Of a stretch of 64,000 bases of DNA, positions 36,444-46,326 are shown in pieces. The stretch comes from Alphaproteobacteria bacterium (GTDB lineage: Bacteria; Pseudomonadota; Alphaproteobacteria; Rs-D84): positions 89,687 through 153,686 of the forward strand of contig WRCC01000002.1 in the NCBI GenBank assembly GCA_009784235.1. Reading direction: 5' to 3'. Below the pieces are notes generated by a model that was not told the DNA's origin, ran no database searches, and saw only the letters and a list, made by a program, of their open reading frames with translations. Numbering within the stretch: the first letter of the stretch is position 1; each line of letters starts with the position of its first letter. The position numbers and the translations under genes are program-made.

Positions 36444-39400
36444 ATGAAATACCCAGAAACAAAACCAAAGGCAAATTTTCCGGAAATGGAACACCAGATT
36501 TTAAAATTCTGGCGTGACCATGATATTTTCCACAAATCTTTGGATGCAACGGCGAACGGCGCGCCGTTCACTTTCTATGATGGTCCGCCATTTGGAAATG
36601 GGTTGCCGCATTGGGGGCATTTGGGTGTTTCGGCCGTCAAAGACATGGTTCATCGTTATCAAACAATGCGCGGTCGTCACGTGGAACGCGAATTGGGTTG
36701 GGATTGTCATGGGTTGCCGGCGGAAAATTCAGTTGAAAAAGCACAAAATCGCAAATCCAAGGATATCGTTGAATCCGATGGCATGGCGGCGTTCTGTGAG
36801 ATGTGTCGCGTTGATGTGCAAACGTACGTCAAAGAATGGGAACGCTTTATTGAACGCATGGGTCGTTGGGTGGATATTGGTGATGATTTGGGATACCGCA
36901 CAATGGATAAAAATTATATGGAATCCATGCTGTGGACCATCAAGGAATTGCGTAACAAAGGTTTGCTGTACAAAGATTATCGCGTGAATCCGTTCGATTG
37001 GGTAAATGGCACGGTGCTGAGCAATTCCGAAGCATCCAGCGATTACCGAGAAGTGATTGATGACGCGATAACAGTCTGGTTTGAATTGATGGATGGTCGT
37101 CGCATTTTGGCATGGACAACAACGCCGTGGACTTTGCCGGGAAATTCAGCATTGGCTGTAAATCCGAAATTAACGTATGCCGTGATGCGCGATAGCGATG
37201 GTGCGGAATATATCATCGCAGAATCACGTTTGGGGAATTACGAAAAACAATTGGCGAATGCCGAACGTGTCGGCACGGTTATGGGCGCGGATTTGGTTGG
37301 TTTAAAATATAAACCGCTGTTTGATTATTATAACGATGCAAAATTGCATAACATTATCGCGGGCGGATTTGTGTCGGACGATTCGGGTACCGGTATCGTT
37401 CATATCGCGCCGGCGTTCGGTGAAGACGATTTCTGGGCGCTGAAAGACAATGACCCAGAATTTCCAGTAATTGTTAATGTTGATAATTATGGAAATTTTG
37501 ATGCGACTGTGCGTGATTTTTCGGGTGAAAATATTTTTGCCGCAAATCCAAAAATTATTGCTAACTTGAAAGAACGCGGGCACCTGGTTAAAAAAGAACA
37601 ATACAAGCACGCATATCCGTATGGCGACCGCAGTAAAGAAAAATTAATCTATCGCGCGACGGAATCCTGGTACATCAATGTTCCGAAAATTAAAGACAAA
37701 TTATTAATAAATAATGAATTGGTTACATGGACATCGGCCGGCGAACGTTTCCGCGCTTGGATTGAAAACGCGCGGCCTTGGTCGATTTCGCGCAATCGTT
37801 TCTGGGGCGTGCCATTGCCAATTTGGGCGCGCGGCGATGAATATAAAATATTTGGTTCAATCGCTGAATTGCAGGAATTTTTTGGCGTTGAAATTCACGA
37901 CCTGCATCGGCCGACGATGGATGCTTTGACCAAAGACGGCTGGACGCGTATTCCAGATGTTCTGGATTGCTGGGTCGAGTCCGGTTCAATGCCGTGGGCG
38001 TCGCTGCATTATCCGTTTGACCCATCATCGCACAGTGATTTCGATGCTGAATTACCAAAAAACTTTCCGGCAGATTATATTATCGAAGGCCAAGACCAAA
38101 CCCGTGGATGGTTTTATTCGCTGATGGTCCTTGCGACCGCATTGTTCGATAAACCCGCGTTCATAACCGTGTCTGCGAACGGCATGGTTGTTGATGAACA
38201 CAAGAAAAAGTTTTCAAAATCCGTTGGCAATTATGTAAACCCAGAACAACAGATTGAACAGTTCGGCGCGGATGCGATTCGCTTGTTTATACTGGGTTCC
38301 AATTTTATGAAAGCCGAACCAGTTCCAATGGATAAAGAAGGCAAAGTGTTTGGTGAGCCAACAAAAAATATCCTGGTGCCGCTGTGGAATGCTTATCATT
38401 TCTTTACGCTTTACGCCAACGCCGGCGCGGTAACCGCGCAGGAGACAGTAGACAGTAGACAGTCAGAAAATGTTCTGGATAAATACATATTGGCCGAACT
38501 TAACGACTTGACTGGCGTGGTGCGTGGTGCGCTGGATGAATATAAACCGGACGCTGCGCTGCGCGGCATGACGTCGTTCTTGGAAATCTTAAATAATTGG
38601 TATATCCGTCGTTCGCGGGAGCGTTTCTGGAACGAAGAACAATCCGCGTTCGACACACTGCATTTCGTGTTGGTCAAATTCACAAAATTACTGGCACCAT
38701 TTGCACCATTTGTAAGTGACCATATTTTCAGAAACTTAACGGACCCGGAAAATAAAAAAATGGATACTTCCGTGCATCTTGAAAAATTCCCGGAAAATGA
38801 ATCACATGCATTTGACAGCAAGGAATCATTCATTCTGGATACAATGCGATATATTCAGCAAATTGTTTCAGTTGGAAAACAGCTGCGTGAAAAACATGCA
38901 CTAAGAAACAGGTTGCCGTTAAATAATATTTCAATTTATGGCACATCGATAAATCTTGGCGATTATGCACTGGATATAATCAAAGGCGAATTGAATGTAA
39001 AAAATGCTGAAAATAAAACTACTGGTCTGGAAAACGTTGCTGATTCGTTTGTATATCTTATCACGCCGAAAATCGGTGCGCGGTTGGGTGCAGGCTTAAA
39101 AGAAATCATGACTGCATCAAAACAGCCAGGATTTGACCCGGTGGCACATGGATTGTTGCCCGATGAATACGAAATGCGCCTGACCGTAAAACCCGGAATC
39201 ACCGGGGCGGCGCTGCCGGATAATACCGCGGTGGTTGTTTTGGATACAAATGTGACACCGGAATTATTGGCGACAGGATTGGCCAACGATGCACTTCGTT
39301 TTATCCAAGATACGCGCAAAGCAATGGACTTGGATGTTTCCGACCGGATAACTTTGACCGTGTCGGGCGATATGGAATTGTTGACCGCGCTGGATACACA

Positions 39401-39515
39401 CAAAGTACGCATCATGGCGGACGCCTTGATTACCGATATGCACCGCGGCACGGCGGATGAATTCCACACAGAAATCGAAGGTCATAAATTTGGAATAAAG
39501 ATTACGAAAGTATGA
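36444..39515 (+). CDS. ileS: Isoleucyl-tRNA synthetase (type 2, eukaryote-like)
   Basis: PFTFYDGPPFGNGLPHWGHLG HIGH region. KMSKS as KFSKSVGNY. 1023 aa. GACAGTA heptamer array at 38444..38464 in frame. Confidence 0.9.
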   Translation: MKYPETKPKANFPEMEHQILKFWRDHDIFHKSLDATANGAPFTFYDGPPFGNGLPHWGHLGVSAVKDMVHRYQTMRGRHVERELGWDCHGLPAENSVEKAQNRKSKDIVESDGMAAFCEMCRVDVQTYVKEWERFIERMGRWVDIGDDLGYRTMDKNYMESMLWTIKELRNKGLLYKDYRVNPFDWVNGTVLSNSEASSDYREVIDDAITVWFELMDGRRILAWTTTPWTLPGNSALAVNPKLTYAVMRDSDGAEYIIAESRLGNYEKQLANAERVGTVMGADLVGLKYKPLFDYYNDAKLHNIIAGGFVSDDSGTGIVHIAPAFGEDDFWALKDNDPEFPVIVNVDNYGNFDATVRDFSGENIFAANPKIIANLKERGHLVKKEQYKHAYPYGDRSKEKLIYRATESWYINVPKIKDKLLINNELVTWTSAGERFRAWIENARPWSISRNRFWGVPLPIWARGDEYKIFGSIAELQEFFGVEIHDLHRPTMDALTKDGWTRIPDVLDCWVESGSMPWASLHYPFDPSSHSDFDAELPKNFPADYIIEGQDQTRGWFYSLMVLATALFDKPAFITVSANGMVVDEHKKKFSKSVGNYVNPEQQIEQFGADAIRLFILGSNFMKAEPVPMDKEGKVFGEPTKNILVPLWNAYHFFTLYANAGAVTAQETVDSRQSENVLDKYILAELNDLTGVVRGALDEYKPDAALRGMTSFLEILNNWYIRRSRERFWNEEQSAFDTLHFVLVKFTKLLAPFAPFVSDHIFRNLTDPENKKMDTSVHLEKFPENESHAFDSKESFILDTMRYIQQIVSVGKQLREKHALRNRLPLNNISIYGTSINLGDYALDIIKGELNVKNAENKTTGLENVADSFVYLITPKIGARLGAGLKEIMTASKQPGFDPVAHGLLPDEYEMRLTVKPGITGAALPDNTAVVVLDTNVTPELLATGLANDALRFIQDTRKAMDLDVSDRITLTVSGDMELLTALDTHKVRIMADALITDMHRGTADEFHTEIEGHKFGIKITKV
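38444..38464. repeat. Heptamer array H3 (GACAGTA x3) in-frame in ileS
   Basis: gacagta gacagta gacagtc. Encodes ETVDSRQS. Confidence 0.8.
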
Positions 39516-40240
39516 AGTTAACACCAAATATTTACTTCACCAAAGTTCCGCCGGCGCTGGATATGTCTATCCGGTCGGAATTGTATTATACCAACGAATT
39601 TACCTTCGCGGTGGCGGTGATTTTGTCGGCGCAAGCCACCGATAAAAAAGTCAACGAAGTCACGCCGGCGTTATTCGAAATTGCCGACACACCGGAAAAA
39701 ATGTTTGCGCTGGGCATCGACGGCCTACGCGAACATATCAAAGTAATTTCGTTTTTTAATAACAAAGCGAAAAATATTATTGGGTCGAGCAAGATGCTTG
39801 TCTCCCCCTCCTTGAGGGGGAGTGTCGCCCAAAGGGCGACGAGGGGGAGCTCCCCCCAGTCGGCTATGCCGACAGCCCCCCTCAAAAAGGGGGGCACAGG
39901 AGAATGGTTCTTCCCTACCAAATACCACAACCGCGATGAATTGTTGAAACTGCCGGGCATTGGCCAAAAGACTGCAAATGTTATTATGAATGTTTTATGG
40001 GGTGCGCCGCTGATTGGCGTTGATACTCATGTTTATCGTAACGCGCATCGATATGGGTGGGTTGCGGAATCCGATAATACGCCGGAAAAAGTCGAAGTGA
40101 AATTATTACAAATTATTCCAAAGAAATATCACGGAATTGTGAATCACGTTATGGTCTTGCACGGGCGGTATATTTGCAAAGCGCTGCGTCCGTTGTGTGA
40201 CCAATGTCCCGTTGCGAAATATTGCCCTGTCCGGAAGTAA
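39512..40240 (+). CDS. nth: Endonuclease III (Nth) with in-frame P-B insertion
   Basis: HhH-GPD motifs LPGIGQKTANVIMNV. Fe-S cluster C-x6-C-x2-C-x5-C (CKALRPLCDQCPVAKYC). ~32 aa insertion before the HhH. Confidence 0.85.
   Translation: MKLTPNIYFTKVPPALDMSIRSELYYTNEFTFAVAVILSAQATDKKVNEVTPALFEIADTPEKMFALGIDGLREHIKVISFFNNKAKNIIGSSKMLVSPSLRGSVAQRATRGSSPQSAMPTAPLKKGGTGEWFFPTKYHNRDELLKLPGIGQKTANVIMNVLWGAPLIGVDTHVYRNAHRYGWVAESDNTPEKVEVKLLQIIPKKYHGIVNHVMVLHGRYICKALRPLCDQCPVAKYCPVRK
39801..39896. repeat. P-B palindromic element (96 bp) inserted in-frame in nth
   Basis: TCTCCCCCTCCTTGAGGGGGAGTGTCGCCCAAAGGGCGACGAGGGGGAGCTCCCC... The first 57 bp are identical to the reverse complement of the mnmG copy. 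Confidence 0.8.
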
Positions 40241-40242
40241 AA

Positions 40243-40393
40243 CTGTCATTGCGAGGAACATAGTGACGAAGCAATCCAATAAATAATATACTTGTTCATT
40301 ATAATGGACATCACATCTATGTTTTAAAGTTGTCTGCTATAGTAGACAACTTTTTAAATTACTGGATTGCTTCGCATGCGCTCGCAATGACAG
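40243..40393. mobile_element. MITE-like element (family P-D)
   Basis: ~35 bp terminal inverted repeats CTGTCATTGCGAGGAACATAGTGACGAAGCAATCCA / TGGATTGCTTCGCATGCGCTCGCAATGACAG flank an AT-rich 85 bp core. The core contains palindrome AAGTTGTCTGCTATAGTAGACAACTT. No coding capacity. Confidence 0.6.
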
Positions 40394-40396
40394 CTA

Positions 40397-41626
40397 TTAT
40401 TCATATCTCAGCGAATCAATCGGATTCAACCGCGCGGCTTTCAGTGCCGGAAACACACCCGATGCAATACCAACGACCACGGCGACGATTACGGATAGTA
40501 TTACCGCATATATACTTATCGGTGCGGTATAATTCAATAACATTGGCACGAATATTTTTGATAATACAATGCCCAGTACCATGCCGAACATACTGCCCAT
40601 AAATGAAATCAAAACCGATTCGGACAAGAATTGAACAATTATGTGTTTTTCTTTGGCGCCGATGGCTTTCCTGATTCCGATTTCGCGTGTGCGTTCTGCG
40701 ACCGACACCAGCATCATATTCATAATCCCAATTGACCCAACCAACAGCGATACTGACGCAATCGACACCAACAACATCCGCATAAATCCGGCGATGGTGT
40801 TCATTGTTTCCATAACCTGGCGCATGTCCATAATCTGAAAATCATCTGGTTCATCATCACGCAATCTGTGACGTTCGCGCAGTATCGTCGTAATCTGTTC
40901 AGTTACCAAATGATTGTCCGCGTCCGGAAATAATCGCAGCATAATCATTTGGACCGCGTCCGGAAAACGTCCACCCCATATACGTTTGGTCAGCGTGGTC
41001 AGCGGGATAATAAGCATATCATCTTGGGAACCCATCATAGAATCGCCGCGTTCGCGCAGCATGCCAATAATAACAAACGGTACGTTGTTAACACGTACGG
41101 TTTGTCCGACTGGATTTTCCGGCAAATCAAGTTCGGCGGCAGTCTTTGGCCCGATTACAGCAAACGTTGATGCATTGCGAAGCGCGCTTTGGTCGAAAAA
41201 AGTACCGTATTCCATTTCAACATTTTGCACTGTTGCCCAATCTGGATGTGTTCCGATAACCTGGGTTGTCCAGTTGCGGTTACCGAACACGGCCTGGGTT
41301 GAAATTTGACGCACTGGTGCGACCGCGTTAACATCAGGCAAACGGCCCAGCACGGCCGCAGATTGCACGGTAAGGGTTTGACGCATGCCGGTGCGAATGC
41401 CACCGGTTTGCGCCGCGCCTGCGCGAACGATAATTGTATTAGTGCCCAGCGAAGAAAACTGGTCATCGATTTGTTTCTGAACCGTTTCGCCAAGTGTCAC
41501 CATGACCACAACGGCCATAACACCAATAATAATGCCCAGAATTGTTAATATGGAACGAACTTTGTTGCCGGAAATCGACAACCATGATTCTTTGAGTATA
41601 TCGTTGAATGTCATTGCTCTCTCCAT
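40397..41626 (-). CDS. ABC transporter permease (MacB/FtsX family, standalone permease)
   Basis: N-terminal TM. Large periplasmic domain. Three C-terminal TMs (FtsX). The start codon lies inside an H1 heptamer array. Confidence 0.75.
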   Translation of the reverse strand: MERAMTFNDILKESWLSISGNKVRSILTILGIIIGVMAVVVMVTLGETVQKQIDDQFSSLGTNTIIVRAGAAQTGGIRTGMRQTLTVQSAAVLGRLPDVNAVAPVRQISTQAVFGNRNWTTQVIGTHPDWATVQNVEMEYGTFFDQSALRNASTFAVIGPKTAAELDLPENPVGQTVRVNNVPFVIIGMLRERGDSMMGSQDDMLIIPLTTLTKRIWGGRFPDAVQMIMLRLFPDADNHLVTEQITTILRERHRLRDDEPDDFQIMDMRQVMETMNTIAGFMRMLLVSIASVSLLVGSIGIMNMMLVSVAERTREIGIRKAIGAKEKHIIVQFLSESVLISFMGSMFGMVLGIVLSKIFVPMLLNYTAPISIYAVILSVIVAVVVGIASGVFPALKAARLNPIDSLRYE

Positions 41627-41708
41627 TTATGATTTCTGATTTATGATTTATGGTTGCATAGGCTGATACAGCGTCAAACCAAATCATAAATCAGAAATCA
41701 GAAATCTT
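41625..41708. repeat. Inverted pair of H1 heptamer arrays at a same-strand gene junction
   Basis: atttatg atttctg atttatg atttatg (41625-41652), 27 bp near-palindromic spacer, then aaatcat aaatcag aaatcag aaatctt (41681-41708). Contains the permease ATG and the thioesterase stop. Confidence 0.85.
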
Positions 41709-42428
41709 CTCCCACTCACAAATCATCACTGCATTTATTTCTTCATTTGATTTTATAATATGCCGACTGGTTGCGCCATCTAATTTTGATTCGACTGTAA
41801 CCGCAGGCACACCGGCCGGGATTTCTTTTTTGAAATTTATGGAAAGGCCGCGTAATTTATGTGCATTGCGGAATTCAAAGCCCAGCGCTTCGGTCGCCCA
41901 GACGGCATAAACCGCGTTATTAATATGCTGATTCAAATCGATATCATCAAAACGTAGCAGTGCGGCCATTGAAACATCTGCATCAAAATCTGGAAATTTA
42001 TCAAATGTCCGGTCCAATGCGCGTTCGGAAATTATGCCCCATCCGGACATAATATCGTCCAGGCGCAACGGCCGCCGTGCCGCCGCATCGATAAGAATCC
42101 ATTGCGATGTGGCGCGTACCAATTCGCGGCCCGTGGCGACATCCGTAATACGAAAATCGCGTATTGCGCGCACCGCGTCACGTCCCGATGGCCATGTGGA
42201 TATTTCGATTTCTTGGCCTTCGCCCGGCATTTCATTTATTTCAATCAGGTAATGCGTAACAACCCATGCGCAATTTTTATCCATGCAATATGTGCGTCCG
42301 CGGTCTAAATCTTCGGCATGAGTATCTGCGACTGCTTGCAATTCATTCATCAGCATAATCGGCCGCAGCAGTCCATGCCGGTCCATCTGATAAGTTTTTG
42401 GTTTGCGAATTTCAATATGCTTGTGCAT
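41691..42428 (-). CDS. Acyl-ACP thioesterase (double hotdog)
   Basis: PF01643-like pattern (DIDLNQHINNAVYAVWATE). TAATG overlap with the valS stop. Confidence 0.65.
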   Translation of the reverse strand: MHKHIEIRKPKTYQMDRHGLLRPIMLMNELQAVADTHAEDLDRGRTYCMDKNCAWVVTHYLIEINEMPGEGQEIEISTWPSGRDAVRAIRDFRITDVATGRELVRATSQWILIDAAARRPLRLDDIMSGWGIISERALDRTFDKFPDFDADVSMAALLRFDDIDLNQHINNAVYAVWATEALGFEFRNAHKLRGLSINFKKEIPAGVPAVTVESKLDGATSRHIIKSNEEINAVMICEWEKISDF

Positions 42429-44833
42429 TATTGCGCCTTTACAATTATTTCGACTTTGTCGGATTGCGCGCGGTCGATTTCCAGCGCGTCGCTGCGCGTG
42501 CCGGAACATATAACGCCATGCAGCATGGCCGGAACATCGAAATTCACAATGACTTTGTCCAATTTCGCGCCGTTGCCGATTTTACGGTCCGTGCGCAGAC
42601 CGCGAACGGATTTTATTATATCCATTGCGATTTCCATTTGCGATACGTCTGTATTCCTGTCGGCATGGATGGCCGGATATTCGGTTATGTGCAATGTTTG
42701 CGATGATTCAAATTGTTTGTAAATTTTTTGCCACAGCTCTTCGGTAACAAACGGCACGAACGGCGCGTACAGTCCGATGATTGCACGTAATACTTCGAAC
42801 AGCGTCCATTGTGCGGATAGTTTCGAATCGGTGCCGTATTTTTCCGCCGACCAGAATCGGTCCTTGATATATTCCAAATATTGGTCGCAGAATACGCCGA
42901 AAAAGAATCCGTCGATTTCTTCGCGCGCATTGAAAGTATCATATTTATCCATATGCTTGCGCACTTCGCCAATCGTTTTATTTAATTCAGACAATATCCA
43001 TCGGTCTTCGATAAATCGTTCCGATATCGGCATTGTGTCCGCAGATGCTGGTTCGAAGTCATCCAAATTGCCAAGTGTATATTTCGATGCATTCCAAAGT
43101 TTGGTAATTAATTTTGTGCCGCGTTTAACTTCGTCTTCGGAATAGCGAATGTCTGTACCAGTTGGTGCGGTGGATATCCAATAGCGCAACGCATCCGCAC
43201 CGTATTTTTCAACCGCGTCCAATGGGTCGATGCCGTTACCGATTGTTTTTGACATTTTGCGGCCTAATTTATCGCGGACTATGCCATGGATATTGACCGT
43301 TTTGAATGGCATTTTGCCCGTGGCATACATACCCATCATTGCCATGCGCGCAACCCAGAAAAATATTATATCAACGCCAGTATTCAGATAATCGTTCGGA
43401 TAATATTTTGCCATTTCCGGTGTATTATCCGGCCAATCCATTAATGAAAATGGCAACAGGGCAGATGAAAACCAAGTATCCAAAACGGCCATATCCCGCG
43501 TTAATTTTTTTCCGCCAGATTGTGCGATTGCATCGTCTTCAGTTGAAGCAACATATACATTGCCATCGTTGTCATACCATGCCGGGATTTGATGGCCCCA
43601 CCAAAGCTGGCGCGAAATGGACCATTCATGAATATCCTTCATCCATGCCATAAATAAATTATAACGATGTTCCGGTAAGAATTTTGTATCGCCGCGCATG
43701 GTGGCCGCGATGACTGGTTCGGCCAATTTTTTTGCATCAACAAACCATTCTTCGCGCAGCATGTATTCGATAACGCAATTGCCGCGCTGGGAATAGGGCA
43801 CCGGAATTGTCTTGTCTTCGATTTTTGTAATCAGCCCGGCCGCATCCAAATCGGCGATAACCGCATCGCGTGCTTTATACCTGTCCAAACCGCGATATTT
43901 TTCCAGGACTGCCGGCACATCCAGCATTTTTGCATCGTTCGTTAAAATGCATAATGGTTCCAGATTGTGGCGCTTGGATACTTCCCAGTCGTCCATATCA
44001 TGTGCGGGCGTAATTTTAACGGCGCCGGTGCCTTTGTCCGGGTCGGCGTGTTCGTCCGCGATAATCGGGATTTCAATTGTGGTCAGCGGGATGACAGCGG
44101 TTTTACCAATCAGGTGTTTTAATTTTTCATTTTCCGGATGGATTGCGATTGCCTGGTCGCCGAACATCGTTTCGGGCCGCGTGGTTGCGATTTCGACAAA
44201 TCCGCCATCCTTTACCGGATATTTGAAATAGTAAAATTTACCCTTTTCTTCGCGCGATTCAACTTCCAAATCAGACACGGTCGTCATCTGTTTTGGGCAC
44301 CAATTGACCAGACGTTTTGCGCGGTAAATAATTCCTTCGCCATACATTTTTACGAATAATGTTATAACGGCGCGTGATAATCCATCATCCATTGTGAATC
44401 GCATCCGCGACCAAGCGGGTGTTATGCCCAGTGTATGAAACTGATGCACAATCTGGCCGCCTTTGTCATTTTTCCATGCCCATGCATGTTCCAATAATTC
44501 ATCTTTGGACAATGTTCGCGGATTAATTCCGCGTTTGGATAAATCACGTTCGACCAATAATTGCGTTGCGATGGATGCATGGTCTGTGCTGGGCTGCCAC
44601 AACACATCAAACCCGCACATGCGTTTGTATCGTGCGATGAAATCTGTCTGGGCGTTTTCAAGTGCATGCCCCATGTGCAAATTGCCCGTAACATTCGGTG
44701 GCGGCATAATTGTGCAGAATGCCGGTTTGCCCGAATTTACATCATTTTCCCAGAATTTGTTTTCATCCCAGAATTTTTGGATTTTTGTTTCTAATTCGCG
44801 CGCGGCGATATTGCTGCCAAGTTCTATGTGCAT
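42428..44833 (-). CDS. valS: Valyl-tRNA synthetase (short, archaeal-type)
   Basis: PPPNVTGNLHMGHALE HIGH region. KMSKTIGN KMSKS. 801 aa, lacking the long C-terminal coiled coil. Confidence 0.88.
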   Translation of the reverse strand: MHIELGSNIAARELETKIQKFWDENKFWENDVNSGKPAFCTIMPPPNVTGNLHMGHALENAQTDFIARYKRMCGFDVLWQPSTDHASIATQLLVERDLSKRGINPRTLSKDELLEHAWAWKNDKGGQIVHQFHTLGITPAWSRMRFTMDDGLSRAVITLFVKMYGEGIIYRAKRLVNWCPKQMTTVSDLEVESREEKGKFYYFKYPVKDGGFVEIATTRPETMFGDQAIAIHPENEKLKHLIGKTAVIPLTTIEIPIIADEHADPDKGTGAVKITPAHDMDDWEVSKRHNLEPLCILTNDAKMLDVPAVLEKYRGLDRYKARDAVIADLDAAGLITKIEDKTIPVPYSQRGNCVIEYMLREEWFVDAKKLAEPVIAATMRGDTKFLPEHRYNLFMAWMKDIHEWSISRQLWWGHQIPAWYDNDGNVYVASTEDDAIAQSGGKKLTRDMAVLDTWFSSALLPFSLMDWPDNTPEMAKYYPNDYLNTGVDIIFFWVARMAMMGMYATGKMPFKTVNIHGIVRDKLGRKMSKTIGNGIDPLDAVEKYGADALRYWISTAPTGTDIRYSEDEVKRGTKLITKLWNASKYTLGNLDDFEPASADTMPISERFIEDRWILSELNKTIGEVRKHMDKYDTFNAREEIDGFFFGVFCDQYLEYIKDRFWSAEKYGTDSKLSAQWTLFEVLRAIIGLYAPFVPFVTEELWQKIYKQFESSQTLHITEYPAIHADRNTDVSQMEIAMDIIKSVRGLRTDRKIGNGAKLDKVIVNFDVPAMLHGVICSGTRSDALEIDRAQSDKVEIIVKAQ

Positions 44834-44936
44834 TTTATTACCTTTTGCTTTCGATTTTACTATTTATGGTTTGTGAAATCAAATAAAAGTGCTGTCCTTT
44901 GGACAGCACTGCGAAACGCGTAAATACACGTTTCGC

Positions 44937-45449
44937 TTACCAACGAACTACTTCCCATGCCGATACGTCCAGATTGCGCAGGTCGGCGGGCAAATCAGAT
45001 GTTGGTACCGCATGCCATACTTGCGTGCGTCCGAATGGTCCGATTTGACCGCGAACGTTCAAGCGCGTATCATCATTTTCATCAATCCAAAGCCGTGCGC
45101 GGTATATACTGCCACTCTTTGGGTCCATAATCCGGCCGTCGCGCCATTCATTTCGGCGTGCATCCCAAGACATGTCCCAAATTATATCCAGTCCGTCATA
45201 GAACGGCTTGCCCGCCAGTTTTTCCGCAACGCGAATCGGTTTTGATATTGTTTCAGCGATGGTTTTACCATCTTCTTCGAACAGCGCAACAATACGGCCG
45301 CACAATTCATTTCCGCATTCGTAAATGCGCACGATGGTTTTTGCTTTGTTGGTTGTGTCATCAACGGTCTTGAAAAAGCCGAATACAGACGCGTCGGCTG
45401 CGCTGACAGTCAATAGTCCAAAGCCCAAAACCCATAGTAATTTTTTCAT
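44937..45449 (-). CDS. DUF2147-family periplasmic protein
   Basis: Signal peptide. GRIVALFEEDG...DGLDIIWDMSW...WRDGRIMDPKSGSIYRARLW...LNVRGQIGPFGRTQVW pattern. Confidence 0.6.
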   Translation of the reverse strand: MKKLLWVLGFGLLTVSAADASVFGFFKTVDDTTNKAKTIVRIYECGNELCGRIVALFEEDGKTIAETISKPIRVAEKLAGKPFYDGLDIIWDMSWDARRNEWRDGRIMDPKSGSIYRARLWIDENDDTRLNVRGQIGPFGRTQVWHAVPTSDLPADLRNLDVSAWEVVRW

Positions 45450-45581
45450 AATATTTTCCTTTCTCGTTTTATATTGGACGATGAAAATTTTAGCATATAA
45501 AAAACAAAAAGCGCAAAGGAATAAATGCATCGTAACTGCTATTATTTTGCGCGTTCTGATTTTTATGGTATAATATTATCT

Positions 45582-46301
45582 ATGACCAAGCAGCCGCCAA
45601 TAATTTCATTTAAAAAAATAAACAAAGATTTTCCGCTGGAAATCGGCGGGATTCAGCGTGTCTTATATGATTTGTCGTTTGATATAAAGGCCGGGGAATT
45701 TGTATCAATCATGGGGCCGTCGGGTTCCGGAAAATCGACATGTATGAATATAATCGGCGTACTGGATGTACCGACCAACGGCACATACGAACTATATGGC
45801 CACGACGTATCCAAAATGACCACAGATGAACAAGCAACTGCGCGTAACGAATACATTGGTTTTGTGTTTCAAAGTTTTAATTTGCTGGCCAAACGTACCG
45901 TGTTGGACAATATCATGTTGCCGCTGATGTACCGCGGATTGCCCATGTCCGAACGTGTGGGCCGTGCGCGCGAAATGCTGCGTCGCGTGGGACTTGAAAA
46001 GTTTGAATCCTATTTGCCCACCCAATTATCCGGCGGGATGAAGCAACGTGTTGCAATTGCCCGTGCATTGGCTGGTGACCCGAAATTAATCTTGGCGGAC
46101 GAACCGACCGGTGCCCTTGATTCCAAAATGGGGCATGAAATTCTGCAATTATTTAAAAAATTAAATAAAGAACTGGGCATAACCGTTGTAACAATCACCC
46201 ATGAATTTGATATTGCGAAATACTCGCAAAGACTGATTCACATACGCGACGGCCGGATAAATTATGACGGCGTGGTACCGAAAGATAATCGGAAGTTATA
46301 A
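45582..46301 (+). CDS. ABC transporter ATP-binding protein (MacB/LolD-like)
   Basis: Walker A GPSGSGKST. LSGGMKQRVAIARAL signature. Walker B LILADEPTGALD. Confidence 0.8.
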   Translation: MTKQPPIISFKKINKDFPLEIGGIQRVLYDLSFDIKAGEFVSIMGPSGSGKSTCMNIIGVLDVPTNGTYELYGHDVSKMTTDEQATARNEYIGFVFQSFNLLAKRTVLDNIMLPLMYRGLPMSERVGRAREMLRRVGLEKFESYLPTQLSGGMKQRVAIARALAGDPKLILADEPTGALDSKMGHEILQLFKKLNKELGITVVTITHEFDIAKYSQRLIHIRDGRINYDGVVPKDNRKL

Positions 46302-46326
46302 AAATGCCGCATTCGCGGCGTTTTTG
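46301..46326. terminator. Bidirectional terminator
   Basis: AAAATGCCGCATTCGCGGCGTTTTTG. Confidence 0.7.

Noticed and set aside
36267-36494. 75 aa minus-strand ORF in the mnmG/ileS divergent promoter region
   Set aside because: Overlaps the ileS start on the opposite strand. AT-rich promoter-like sequence.
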